Source: Amphiscolops sp. MND2022 (lineage: Eukaryota). From it: a stretch of 64,000 nt of DNA. Position 1 is the first letter of the stretch. The number at the start of each line of letters is the position of its first letter. Where the stretch lies: contig OZ076412.1 of the NCBI GenBank assembly GCA_964187785.1, positions 53,258,001 to 53,322,000 on the forward strand, in the 5' to 3' direction. The notes under the pieces were generated by a model. It ran no database searches. It saw nothing but the letters and a program-made list of their open reading frames with translations, and was not told where the DNA came from. Both the position numbers and the translations under genes were made by a program. Shown in pieces: positions 1 to 10,715 of the stretch.

Positions 1-499
1 GGAAAAAAATTGACTTGTTGGAAAAGTTTCATAGTGCCGAAAAAGGATCCTTCAGATCAAGAAGCTACCTTTTCGGTAGCCGAAAACAGCGATGAAAGCG
101 GCAGAGAACCCTTTGACCAAATGAAAGTTTCGGAAAAACCAGAGCGAAAAAAAAGCTACAACAAAGTATGCTGAAGTTTGAGAATAAAACAGCTGTTCGA
201 TTCAATTGAAAAACGACACGATCTCACTACCGGAATTAATCCAAAGAGGGGACCCTTTGGCTTCAAATGATTTCGCATCGACTATAAAAAAACTTTACCA
301 CTCTTGGATACCAAGGGTCTTCGACATCAATCAAGTGCCATGTGTATCATCATGTTGGGGGGGGGGGGAGAAGACACAGATCCGTGGTCTGCAACGGAAG
401 AAGGGAGCTCCATGCCAGCCACTATCCCAGTAGACCAGTAACAAAGAAAACCAACAAACTACTCATACCAGCCACTATCCCAGTCGACTGGTAGAAAGT

Positions 500-1875
500 T
501 TAAAGCTGCAGTGATATGGTGTAACAAAAACTATATGTAATAAATTTCTTCGAACGCATCTCTGTCGCTCACAATTCCTAGAACACAGGCCGCATTGCCA
601 ATCTGAAGAGCCATTGAAATCCGCTGCATTCATAAAGCTGCCCGCTCGTTGATCGTCGTGCGAACGACAGAGCATTTTACAGAGACCCGTGATGAAAATT
701 TCACTACTCTCGCCTAAAGAACCCTGTACTTCCAATGCCACCGGTTGAAAAATGTATCCACTGTCTTTTAATTCGCGATACGTCTCAATTTTACGCGGTT
801 CAGGCTCGGTGGCGGTGGTTCCCGGATTGCATAAAGAGCCTTGATTCAGGCAACTGGGTGCAAGAGCATACACAACCGTGACATTCAAAACCAGCTGTTT
901 TCCCATTTTCCAAGGATTCATGGCAACACAGTCTGGGCATTTGCCATCAGTTCGGTACAGTACACGCGGTTCGTGCATTGAAGGCAAGTCGAGAGATCCC
1001 AACGTCTGCTTTACGAGAGAATTGAGAGTAGCATGACGTGAGAAGCGACCAGCACACTTGGTGCAAGAAAGAGACCGTGTAAACCGTCCCGTTCAACTCT
1101 TTTACCACAGTGGCACGTGCGCGTGACACATATGTTGGCTCCGAGCCGAAACCAATTGAAATTCGAAGCTGCTGGGTCTGTAAGGAACGACGTTTAGCCG
1201 TTGAGACCCAAATCTGCCTTGATGAATGTTTAAAATTTTCGAACGTTTGTCAGCCATTCAAGAAAACAAATCTTGGGCGGTTTTGACGTAGAGAAGTTGT
1301 ATTCAATTTTTCTGGGTTCCATCGAGAGGACTTTCTTGTTCAATTGTCACACTCAACCCTTTCTCAAGCGCTTTTGTAAACGAAACATCTTCGAATGTTT
1401 CCGAGAAAAACGTCGTGAGAAATTCACTCGAACCAAAAGCTGAGGTCAAAAAGGCGGGAAAGGCTAAAAATGATGCGGATGACACACCAAGACCACCCAA
1501 TTCAGCGGGCAGAGCCAGCTGAGTAATCGAAATATCATCGAAGTTCACGTTACACACTTTGGAAAGCCCGTCGCGTACGGTTTTGCCATACCGGGTGATT
1601 AAAACATGTACCAGTTCTCAGGAAGTACAACAACTTTGGCAGGCTGAAGCAATTTTTCAACGTCAAAAAAAATACTGCGCATCTAATTTTTCAACAATTC
1701 CATTTACTTTTGCCTGTCCATTATTTTTTTTCCATTAACTTGCTTGTAATTTCGGGTCAAGCAGTGAACCAAGGTTGATAATTTCTTTGGTGTTTCGATC
1801 CCGGGCAATGTTTTTGAAAGATGCCAAAATTGTTGATCATTGTTTTTATGATGCCACCAAGGAAAACTTTCGTAT
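500..1875 (-). mobile_element. 5'-truncated, decayed CRE-clade (restriction-like endonuclease) non-LTR retrotransposon, RT thumb to endonuclease
   Basis: Minus-strand frames give KNCFSLPKLLYFLRTGTCF, CNVNFDDISITQLALPAELGGLGVSSA, and the RLE motif RTDGKCPDCVAMNPWKMGKQLVLNVTV...YRELKDSGYIFQPVALEVQGSLG; several stops and frameshifts. Confidence 0.8.
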
Positions 1876-1914
1876 GATAAAAAGTCTAAATGCTAAAAAT
1901 TCTAAAAATTTTCG

Positions 1915-2510
1915 CATGATGAAATGACGTCTAAAAGAAGGAATAACGTTTGAAAAATGAATGGGAAACCGTCTGAAATCGGGAAGTGTCTAAAATCGGG
2001 AATAACGTCCACAATATCAAAAAACAATCAAATTACTTCTCAAAAACAGGAAAAATAGGATATGTCCCCAATTCTTCTAGTGCCCCGCGGGCCCTTGGAA
2101 CTGCTCATGTAGCCATCTTGCAAAGCGAGGTCGAACAGGAGCAAAGACCCAACGGGAAGGGAGATCGCGAAGCGATCGTAGTGGGAGCTGGTCTTTGCAA
2201 CGGTGAGGGCGAGCGTGCAAAGACCGGATATGCCACACATTGGGTAGGGAAAGCATAGTGTCTAAAGGAATAAAATCTAATTATTCCACATTGGAGTCCA
2301 CATCCAATCACCCCAATTGACATGGATGAAGCTGTCCTAACCAATCGTACGGTTTATGATGATATTCTTTTTGATAATATTCCCGGTTTTTTTAAATACT
2401 TTGTTATTCAAATAACTTTTCAAATCAATTTATAGAAGGTTTCACATTCGGGAAGAACGTTAAAAAACGGGAATAACGTCTAAAAAACAGGAATAACGTC
2501 TAAACCGGCG
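1915..2510. repeat. Arrays of a short GGAATAACGTCTAAA-type motif flanking a ~165-bp GC-rich core
   Basis: Several degenerate copies at 1921-2010 and 2448-2505 in the same orientation; the motif recurs near 51420. Confidence 0.55.
2077..2241 (-). mobile_element. Short non-autonomous Helitron-like core (copy 1)
   Basis: About 80% identical to the reverse complement of 46029-46197; ends in GGGGCACTAG on the minus strand. Confidence 0.4.
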
Positions 2511-3449
2511 GTCGGGGCTCTGTTCGAGGTTGCCTTCACGAGTGGAAAGAAAGCTCTGCCTTCGGGTGGGTGAAGCTAGCATTCCCGGCAGAGCCGTCAC
2601 CAGAGTAAGAGAGCTACTGTTGAGTGTCAACTACGGTTGTTCAGTAGACGATGCCTGGAACTAAGGCCTCAAGAGTCCTGACAACAGGGGGGACTTAAAA
2701 ACTACCCGCACGGTCCTTAAATGGGAATCGAAGTATGATCCCATCTCAGCTTCCCCGGAATTGGCAACTTCTGTTATAACACATCATTGTCTTGAACTCA
2801 GTGAACTTGTTGGTGAATGGAACTCTACTCGTAGAGATGCTTTCCGGGACTAGGTTGATCTGGAAGGGAGATAAACCTTTATAAACGAACCCTCCTCACT
2901 ATCAGATCTTCCTTAGTCAATTGTGGTTGTATTTGTTATTGTAAGTGTCTGATTGAAATGCAAAAGAGCTCATTGACATTTGGGTCGATGCCACCACTAC
3001 TGATTGTGGTATAGGTGCTTTTCTTGTATCGCGGACTGGTAAAAGGTACTTACCATGTTCAGGTATGCCCAATGCCGAGTGGAAGTCGTTGCTTCTGTAA
3101 CCATTGTTAATTCGATGGGTACTACAAGGTACGCTTCTGCAAACTTTCTGAGTAATGGCACACGGATTGAAGTCGCTTGAACGTTCGGCCCCATCTGTCA
3201 TTTATGGGACGGGTATATGATGCGATTTTTTGCATGATCGTTGTTCATTGATCTGAGGGACTTTGCTGTGAACTCAGTAAAGGCCCATGGCTACACTAGC
3301 TCCTAAAGAGCACTGAGACACCGTCGGAGTATATATATTTGCTGTGGGAGTCTGATAAAGCTCTCAAACACTCGTCACAGTCGAAACAATTTTTTATAAC
3401 CAAAAGTGGACTGTAATAATTGAATCCCACGATAACTAGGAAATGGGCT

Positions 3450-5720
3450 ACAGATGTATTCTATACAGGTTAGCTGGTGTTTGTATTTGAAATTTTGGTA
3501 CTTGAAAATTCCGATAATACCTCGTACCATAGATTGCTCGTTCTAAATAGGACCCAAATGTGACTCAAGTATGTCCACACAGGGATCACAACGTAAGTCA
3601 TTAGCTTCAAAATAGTGGAAGGCGTGATAAATCGATTCTGTATGAGATTCCAAAGCTCCCATGGCCTTCTCTACTTTTTTATATGTTTTTCGAATTGTCC
3701 TAGAAAATTCAATATGTTATCTATTGTGGTACAGAGTACTGCTGCGTTTGTCGCGAATTTTTTGGAGCTTCTTGAAGAACTATAATCTTGCTGAATCTCG
3801 TATTTCTTCAGAAGTACTTGAACGAAAACAACTTCATAATTCGACCCTGATATTTGGAGGGGCTCGTCGAAGGGTACTCCTTAGCCTTGCAACGACAACT
3901 TAAACGTAGTATGTAGATAGCCAAAAGTGACAGGGCAAAATTATATACTTTTCTGTAGAAATATTTTGGACATTTCATGTGTATCCTAAAAAACGGACGA
4001 AAAGTCGTGACTATAGTCGACTCTTTAGAGAAACGCGCTGACTAAAACTCAAAAATCACAGGTTCATTTGCAGCCAAAGTCTCGCCAGAAGTACTGACTG
4101 TAAGGGCCGGAACTGAATTTGACTACTATGTCAGATCATGTTTCGATCAAAAATGAAAACCTGTATCCTGAAAGTTGTATTTTGCCAGGGCAGTGGCTTC
4201 GGTTCCAGTGATGTACACTTTAAAATCGAGGAGGAAGATTTGAAAACAGTCGCAAAAGTGCTGATATAGATACTTCAATACTACGCAAATTCCATCGACA
4301 TTTGCTGTAGGTGACAGAAGTTTCGCAATGTGGACCGGAGTCTTCGGCATTTGGCTCAATGCTGCTTGGATTCCCCTGTCGTTGTCAGTTGATATTTCAA
4401 AAATTTTCACATGCTGTCCATTTTCGCTTTCAAAGCGTCAGTTTTATGCCGTTGAGACATCATGTGGCAAATTGTTCCAGTCATTTGCTGCTTTTACAGG
4501 GAACAGCGCTTACCTTGTCGATTTTTTTCATCGTTGAACACTTTCTGTTTGTCTTCTTGGTGTATCTAAGAGACTGTTTCGGATTCTTTCTCTCTGAAAA
4601 GTTTTGAATCTTCGGTAAAGAGGTAGAGCTTTGAGGCCACGACTTCAGGCATTAGGTTGATGTAGATCGTAACCAATACAGAGCACAAAATTGACCTTCG
4701 GGCATACCGCTCGTTACCTGCTGCCAAGATGAGTACGTACCCTTGAATACGACTTTCTGCTGTCTCCCCAAGAGGAACGCCTAAATTCACTTGCTCAGTA
4801 ATCCCGTTTTGTTCCAGAAAATTTACAAAACTCACTGAAGCACTCTGTCAAACATTTTCCGGAAAAACAGGTCCACGACATCAGCTTCACCGTTCTTGTC
4901 CAATGCGAGAGTCCCTTGATCAAAATGTTAAGTCTGTGGCACCCGTGTTCACTTTTTCGTCAAGAAGCTTCACTGTTTGTCATTCTATATACCAATATCA
5001 ATCAAGGAATTCATTATACGTTTTCATAAAATTCTTTCAATAATTTTACAGGAGACTGATGTCACTCATTGGGCGGTAGTTCGTTGCCTCCGACTTTTTA
5101 CCTGGTTTAGAAAGCAGTGCTACATTCGCTGTAAACCAATCCTTGGGTAGTACTGCTGTGTTTCAGGATTTGTTTATGATTTGTGACAGAAGTGGTGTTT
5201 TTCTACCCCAATTTCATTCAGTGTTCTCGATGAAAGCTTATGCACTCCAGCAGATTTGTTTATGTTAAGATATCAACTTTTCTCGAATATCTTCTTTCGG
5301 TGAAATCAATGTTGTTATCCAAAGTGTTCTCTGCGGTGTCACTTCTTTGCCGAAGTAGAGGTCCTTCCGTTACAAAAACCGATTTCGAAAACAACGACAC
5401 GTCTTCCGCTTTCCTCTGTCGTTCTCAATTCCTAAAACACAAGCCGCATTGCCGATTTGAAGAGCTATTGAGACCCAATGCTTTGAAACAACGCCAGCTC
5501 GTTGAGCGTCGTGCGAACGACAGAGCATTTTACAGAGACTGTAACTTTCCTAGAAACTGGAATGGGTACCCTTTTGAATCATCGAACAAATCTCCGAGAT
5601 TAATCTCCCAGAAATCTTTTATCCGGTTTAGGTTGTATCGGATTTCGTTATATCTGGTTTGCATTAACTCCAATGTGAAAATTGATATCGTCGGAGTGTG
5701 TATATATATAAAGTGTTTAT
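3450..5720 (-). pseudogene. Decayed LINE (CR1/L2-like) ORF2: end of APE, RT and 3' region
   Basis: SWQQVTSGMPEG / SILCSVLVTIYINLMPEVVASKLYLFTEDSKLFRE matches the degenerate RT VTSGVPQGSILGP...LFADD motifs; many disruptions. Confidence 0.75.
5395..5555 (-). mobile_element. Second CRE 3'-end fragment lying within the LINE remnant
   Basis: Aligns with ~545-690 (caattcct.aacaca.gccgcattgcc...cgtcgtgcgaacgacagagcattttacagagac). Confidence 0.65.
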
Positions 5721-7716
5721 ATAGAAAGAAATGAAGAAAAAGGTATTTATTGTGAATGTATATCGCTATTGAAAAGTTTAATTTTTCTTCGAAAAATTTT
5801 TAAAGCTACACTCTTTGAAAAAGTTTATAGTTGGATGCCAGCCAGCTTTCGGGAATGGAATATAAACGTTTCATGCCATTCAAACGTTTCATTGGTCCAA
5901 AAAACCCATTTCGTTCAAACAAGACTTCAATTGGATATCGTTCCAAGCTGTTCTAGGAAATTCTAGTTAACAATGCATTTTTACATTCCGAGACTTTGGA
6001 AAATGTTTGTTGCTCATATCGGGACCTATTTTCAATTCACATCAACTGAACATCATAATCCAGCAACAAACAGAGGCGTATCGCTTTTTCCAAATTCTTT
6101 ATTAGCACGAGGGGTAAGAAAAAGGTCATTATTGACAAAGATGTTGGTGTTTTTGAAACTCCTTTTGTTTTCAACAGTTGATGTTCAATGTCACGTCGGG
6201 AAAACCCGGCATTACGTGGTTTAGGACCAGTGGCACCAAGTTGTTTAACCTTAACAAGTTCTAGTGTCGTTTTTTCATTTTTTTACTTTTGCTTGTTCAG
6301 CTGCAAGAAAAACCTTTTAGAAGACGTCCTCTCCAGGTCTCTATTCCTCGCTCCACGATATGAGCGTGTGGCCTGCGCTCATTTTTGTTATGACAGAAGA
6401 CAAGTTCTGCAACAACTCGAAAATCACAATAAAAAACCGAAGAAAAATGTTTAGAAGTGAGCTTCGGTACCCAGGTAATGGTCCAGATGATGCAGCCACT
6501 CCCATCAACTCCTGGCCCTGTGTATTCGAGGTTATTATTGCTGTCTTCATTTTTCTCCCTCGAGTCCTGAATTGAGTGTTGAATTATTACTTGAATGGCT
6601 CATCTCAGTCGTTTTGGGTTTTCAACAATTGTTCTGTTTTTCAAGTTTTTCACAACAAACAATTAGTCCATATGATTTTCCCCACTCAGCCAACAAATAA
6701 GTTAATTGCTGCTGCGGACGCTCAAGAGGTTGGCGCTTCACTCTAGTGAACCTTTTTACTAGTAAAAAACGCTCCTGAGAAAATTTTCAAGGCCGTTAAA
6801 GACGCTATCCAACCTATGTGACTTAGCATTTAGGGATTTTTTGAGTACTCAGCAGAATCTGATGGCCCAAATAAGTAATCTTGGGCATGATTGAAGCAAG
6901 TCGCGCTTTTTCGGCTTTGTATTGATGTGTCAACAAACTCAATTGAAAACTTTTCATTGAAACGAGTCCCAAGCAGCACACAAAATAGTGTGTTGACATG
7001 GAGGGATCAAACCCTCCAACATATTGCACGCAAAGTAGTCGATCCGGGGTTCCAAAGGTGCTTCCATGAGCAAACTATCAAGTGAATTGCACGCAAGAAG
7101 TATGTCCAGCATAGGTTCAAACGTCTGAATCTCGTCTTGAAAGCATTTCATAACGACTGTCAGAGGTCTGTGTAGTTTAGAAACGTTCATCACATATCAT
7201 GAGAAATAAGGTGTACATCGTGAGTCGAAGCTCAAAAGTTTCATCAATTCCGATCAGAAACAAACAGGAAAGTACATTGAAAGAGCAGACTAATTCAAAA
7301 ATGTTCCTTTTTACAGTAACACCTCAAAACAATCATTCATTGAATGCGGTGTACATCGCGGTTCACATTTAGGCCAACTAATTTTTCTTATATTAGTGAA
7401 CGACTTTCTGAACTTCAGAAAGATAATTTCCGTATGTTTTGCTGCCTAGACCAGGTGTTCTGAACATATTCCACCACAGGTGACTGGGTAAGAATGAGTT
7501 AAGTTTCGCATTGATGAAACGCAGGAAGGAACTTTGCTAAATTGCGAGGACAACAGATTGTGTGACGTAGTTTTTGGCTGATGCTTCTGGATTTTAGGGC
7601 CATCCCACGTATTTGCATTTCAATTGCAGAGTGCACTTCGATGTTCTGTTTATGTTCATTTTGAATACTTTAGCTGGTATCGTTTACCCATAGCAGCTGA
7701 GGAAATCAATTCATCT

Positions 7717-9582
7717 TGTCGCAGGCTGCCGCCTGTGACGGTACGACAGTGACTACGTCGGCGAACGGACAAGAGTTTGTACCCGGAACACTACCCATCT
7801 ATTGATCGGGCTAAACTTTAAACTTAGGACTTTTACGTCATTTTGTTATACAATACATATTATGTTTGTTGATGTTGCTAGCTTTAATATATATACTTGC
7901 ACATGTAAAATTAATCTGTTAAAAGTTACATTTGAAGATCCAAATAATATAGTTGTGGTTTCAAAGATTGAAAGGCGCTTTGCAATTGTAAACGCAATAC
8001 GTGACAATGTAGCTGTATAGCGTAAAGGAAACGAGTTCAAATGGACGAAACTCTTATTCCGGAGACGTCACTTGAGCTCAGCATTTTAGCCAATCACATC
8101 GCTTCTCTTTGCTATATTAGTACTGCTTTGATTGTGTAGTGGCCGAGTACGGCCAATTGACTCAATATATATACTTCACTACACGCTTCAGTCAAATGGC
8201 CAATTCCGGCCACCTAGATGAAGTGAATTGTATACTCGTGTAATTAACCATATTAATCGGAAATTGCTATAAACGTATCCCTAATGATGAATGAAAGCCT
8301 CCACCCCGATCAATGAACCTAGTAGACCTAGTGCTAATTTAAAGGCCGAATAAAGCCTTTGCCCTCCCTTATTACGATGCTAGATTAATAAACCGGATTT
8401 GTCCATTTTCGGCCTTGTTAAAAGATGTGTTACTTTGATGGTGTAGTACTATTTTAAACAAGCTGATCATGTAATGTTTGATTTTGTTTCAACCTGTGTT
8501 AAATAATAAACACGTGGCAACGCGTGTCGTAATGACATTCCAAAAGGGATGCCTCTTACATTCCTTCAGTGAGTATTGGTATTTGTTGACCAGATAATGG
8601 TGATGATGTTTTCATAAAACAATGATTAGTGGTGCGGTTTGTGTACCTACCGAAGTGCTATTTATTTGATGTTGGATTCTCAGAAATTACCTGAATGTCG
8701 GGAATTTACCCGATTGGGGTTTCACTCAAATATGTGCTTTGAAGTGTTGATTACTTCACTAGTAATAATGATGATGTTTATCCCGTGACCTGTTAAGGCC
8801 GCGATCATGTAATATTCTCCTAATCAAAGAATCCGTGGAATGTGGCTGTCACCTTTTGAGAGTATATATACCCATGTTTCGAGAGGAGAAGTCATATTTT
8901 CCACATCCCTGCTTTGATAAAGATTGAATTGATATAACGATTCTCAACTAGTTTTCCGGTTTAAATAATTGAACTATTTGACCCGGTTCTGTCTTGATGC
9001 CTGTGACTAGGAAACAAAAGAAAGCGAGGAAATCGAGAGGGATAGAGATGCTCTCGGATATACAAAACTTAGACATCATGCTTGGTGAAAACCATTATAG
9101 CAGGAATGAGAGAGATGAGAGCTTTAATAGTAATCAGGCTAGGGGACCAAGAAGCGTCCCAAGAGATGAATTTGAAAACAATGGTGATTATAATTGCCTG
9201 GAAACAGGTAGTTTCGACCCCGGTACTAGTGCCAATCATGGCCAAAATTCAACAGGAGACAATTCAAGTGCCGAGATCAACAGGTTGTCAAGCGAGTTGA
9301 ATTCGAGATTGTCTAGGGAACTTGATGATATGATGAGTAGTGTTAATACCCAGATCCAGAGGGCAATCAATGATGCGATCAGTGGTCAAATTTTACCGCA
9401 AATCCAATCTGTCCTAAATGCCGGATCGGGACAATCGACACTAAATAAATGGAACGTTTCATCCGTGAGACCGGAAGTGAACTCCGAAGAAACCTATGGT
9501 GAGAAAGCCAAAAAAGGCAATAGAAGTGAGCAGCGCTTTGATTACCAAAATGGTAGCCAGCCTAACTTACGTGCCTACGACA
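7717..9582 (+). repeat. 5' LTR (1866 bp)
   Basis: Direct repeat of 22045-23911 with about 55 differences by hand count (~97%); begins TGTCGC and ends CGACA. Confidence 0.95.
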
Positions 9583-10715
9583 TGGTGACAGGAGACAACG
9601 AATCTCCTATCGAAGCTCCTGAGTTTCTCACGGGTCGAATGCCACCCAGAAACCATCTTCACAGTTCCCATGACAACTTCGACCCACTACTAGACACGAC
9701 GATCCCAGCACCCGAAAAGAATGCTCAGGCCCCTGAACTAGATCTCATCAACCAACTGGCTGATGCCCTGACAAGCATGCAGAATCGTCCTTCAGCCCAA
9801 CAGCTCACTATCCGCCCAGTCAACTCAAACACAATGACTTTCGATGGCAAAAGTGAGAAATTCGAACTGTTTGAGGATCTGTTCCACACGATGATCAAAA
9901 TCCAGCCTGAAATGTTTGAACAAATGAAAATTAATCATTTCCATTCGCTGTTAAAGAAAAACGCCTTACAAACATTCCGAAACATTAGCACAGCTAATAG
10001 ACAGACCCTTGAAGACGTATTAGTCATATTCCGACGAAAATACGTCAAACCTGAATCTCAAGCAACTGCCAAACACAGATGGCACCGTCTGGTGTTTGAT
10101 CCAAACACAACAAAACTACCAGATTTCGTTGAAGAATTGAATCAAGGTGCAGAAAAAGCGTTTAGAGACAACCCCCAAAAGATGATTGACAGCCTCCTAT
10201 ACGCAAAACTGCCACCGAAACTAAAAAGATCAGTTAATATGGCTAGATTAGAAAACAGCTCCTATGATGAAATCGTCGCTCACCTCGAGAGAGAGTTGGA
10301 GTTAAATGCTCTTGAAGAGTCCGACGACCTTCCAATGGCACCAATGACATCTTCAACCCCGAAAACCAAAACTGTTCCGTCCAAGGCACAGATGAGCGTC
10401 ATCACATGCAACTACTGCAAGAAAAAGGGCCATATGGTCAAGGATTGCGAAAAACTCAAAAAGAAAAAGGAGAAAGAAGCCCAACAAGGCAAACCGACCC
10501 AGAAAAAGACCTACCCCAAACGCAGTACTTGTGGCAAAACCAACCATCCTGAAGAGAGATGTTGGCAGGGAGCAGGTGCGCACCTTAAACCCAAACGCAC
10601 CAGACCAGAGGACGCGTCAGACAATGATCCTGACTCTAAGGTCTCCAAACCCCACTACAAGCCAACATCATCCAGTTCTCAAACTTCATCCAGCAAAGAT
10701 GACCAAAAAAACTAG
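8997..10715 (+). CDS. gag: Gag polyprotein (572 aa) beginning inside the LTR
   Basis: Intact ORF; capsid-like region (TFDGKSEKFELFEDLF...), zinc knuckle CNYCKKKGHMVKDC and a degenerate second knuckle STCGKTNHPEERC. Confidence 0.9.
   Translation: MPVTRKQKKARKSRGIEMLSDIQNLDIMLGENHYSRNERDESFNSNQARGPRSVPRDEFENNGDYNCLETGSFDPGTSANHGQNSTGDNSSAEINRLSSELNSRLSRELDDMMSSVNTQIQRAINDAISGQILPQIQSVLNAGSGQSTLNKWNVSSVRPEVNSEETYGEKAKKGNRSEQRFDYQNGSQPNLRAYDMVTGDNESPIEAPEFLTGRMPPRNHLHSSHDNFDPLLDTTIPAPEKNAQAPELDLINQLADALTSMQNRPSAQQLTIRPVNSNTMTFDGKSEKFELFEDLFHTMIKIQPEMFEQMKINHFHSLLKKNALQTFRNISTANRQTLEDVLVIFRRKYVKPESQATAKHRWHRLVFDPNTTKLPDFVEELNQGAEKAFRDNPQKMIDSLLYAKLPPKLKRSVNMARLENSSYDEIVAHLERELELNALEESDDLPMAPMTSSTPKTKTVPSKAQMSVITCNYCKKKGHMVKDCEKLKKKKEKEAQQGKPTQKKTYPKRSTCGKTNHPEERCWQGAGAHLKPKRTRPEDASDNDPDSKVSKPHYKPTSSSSQTSSSKDDQKN
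9583..9594 (+). promoter_or_regulatory. Primer-binding site TGGTGACAGGAG
   Basis: TGG immediately after the LTR-terminal CA; resembles the complement of a tRNA-Leu 3' end (TGGTGTCAGGAG, 11/12). tRNA identity is uncertain. Confidence 0.75.
10706..10712 (+). promoter_or_regulatory. Putative -1 ribosomal frameshift heptamer A AAA AAC
   Basis: In X XXY YYZ register directly before the gag TAG; the -1 frame is the frame of ORF 11048-11251 leading toward protease. Confidence 0.7.

Noticed and set aside
3352-3387. Penelope-type hammerhead (CTGATAA...CGAAAC)
   Set aside because: The core deviates from CUGANGA and stem II does not pair.
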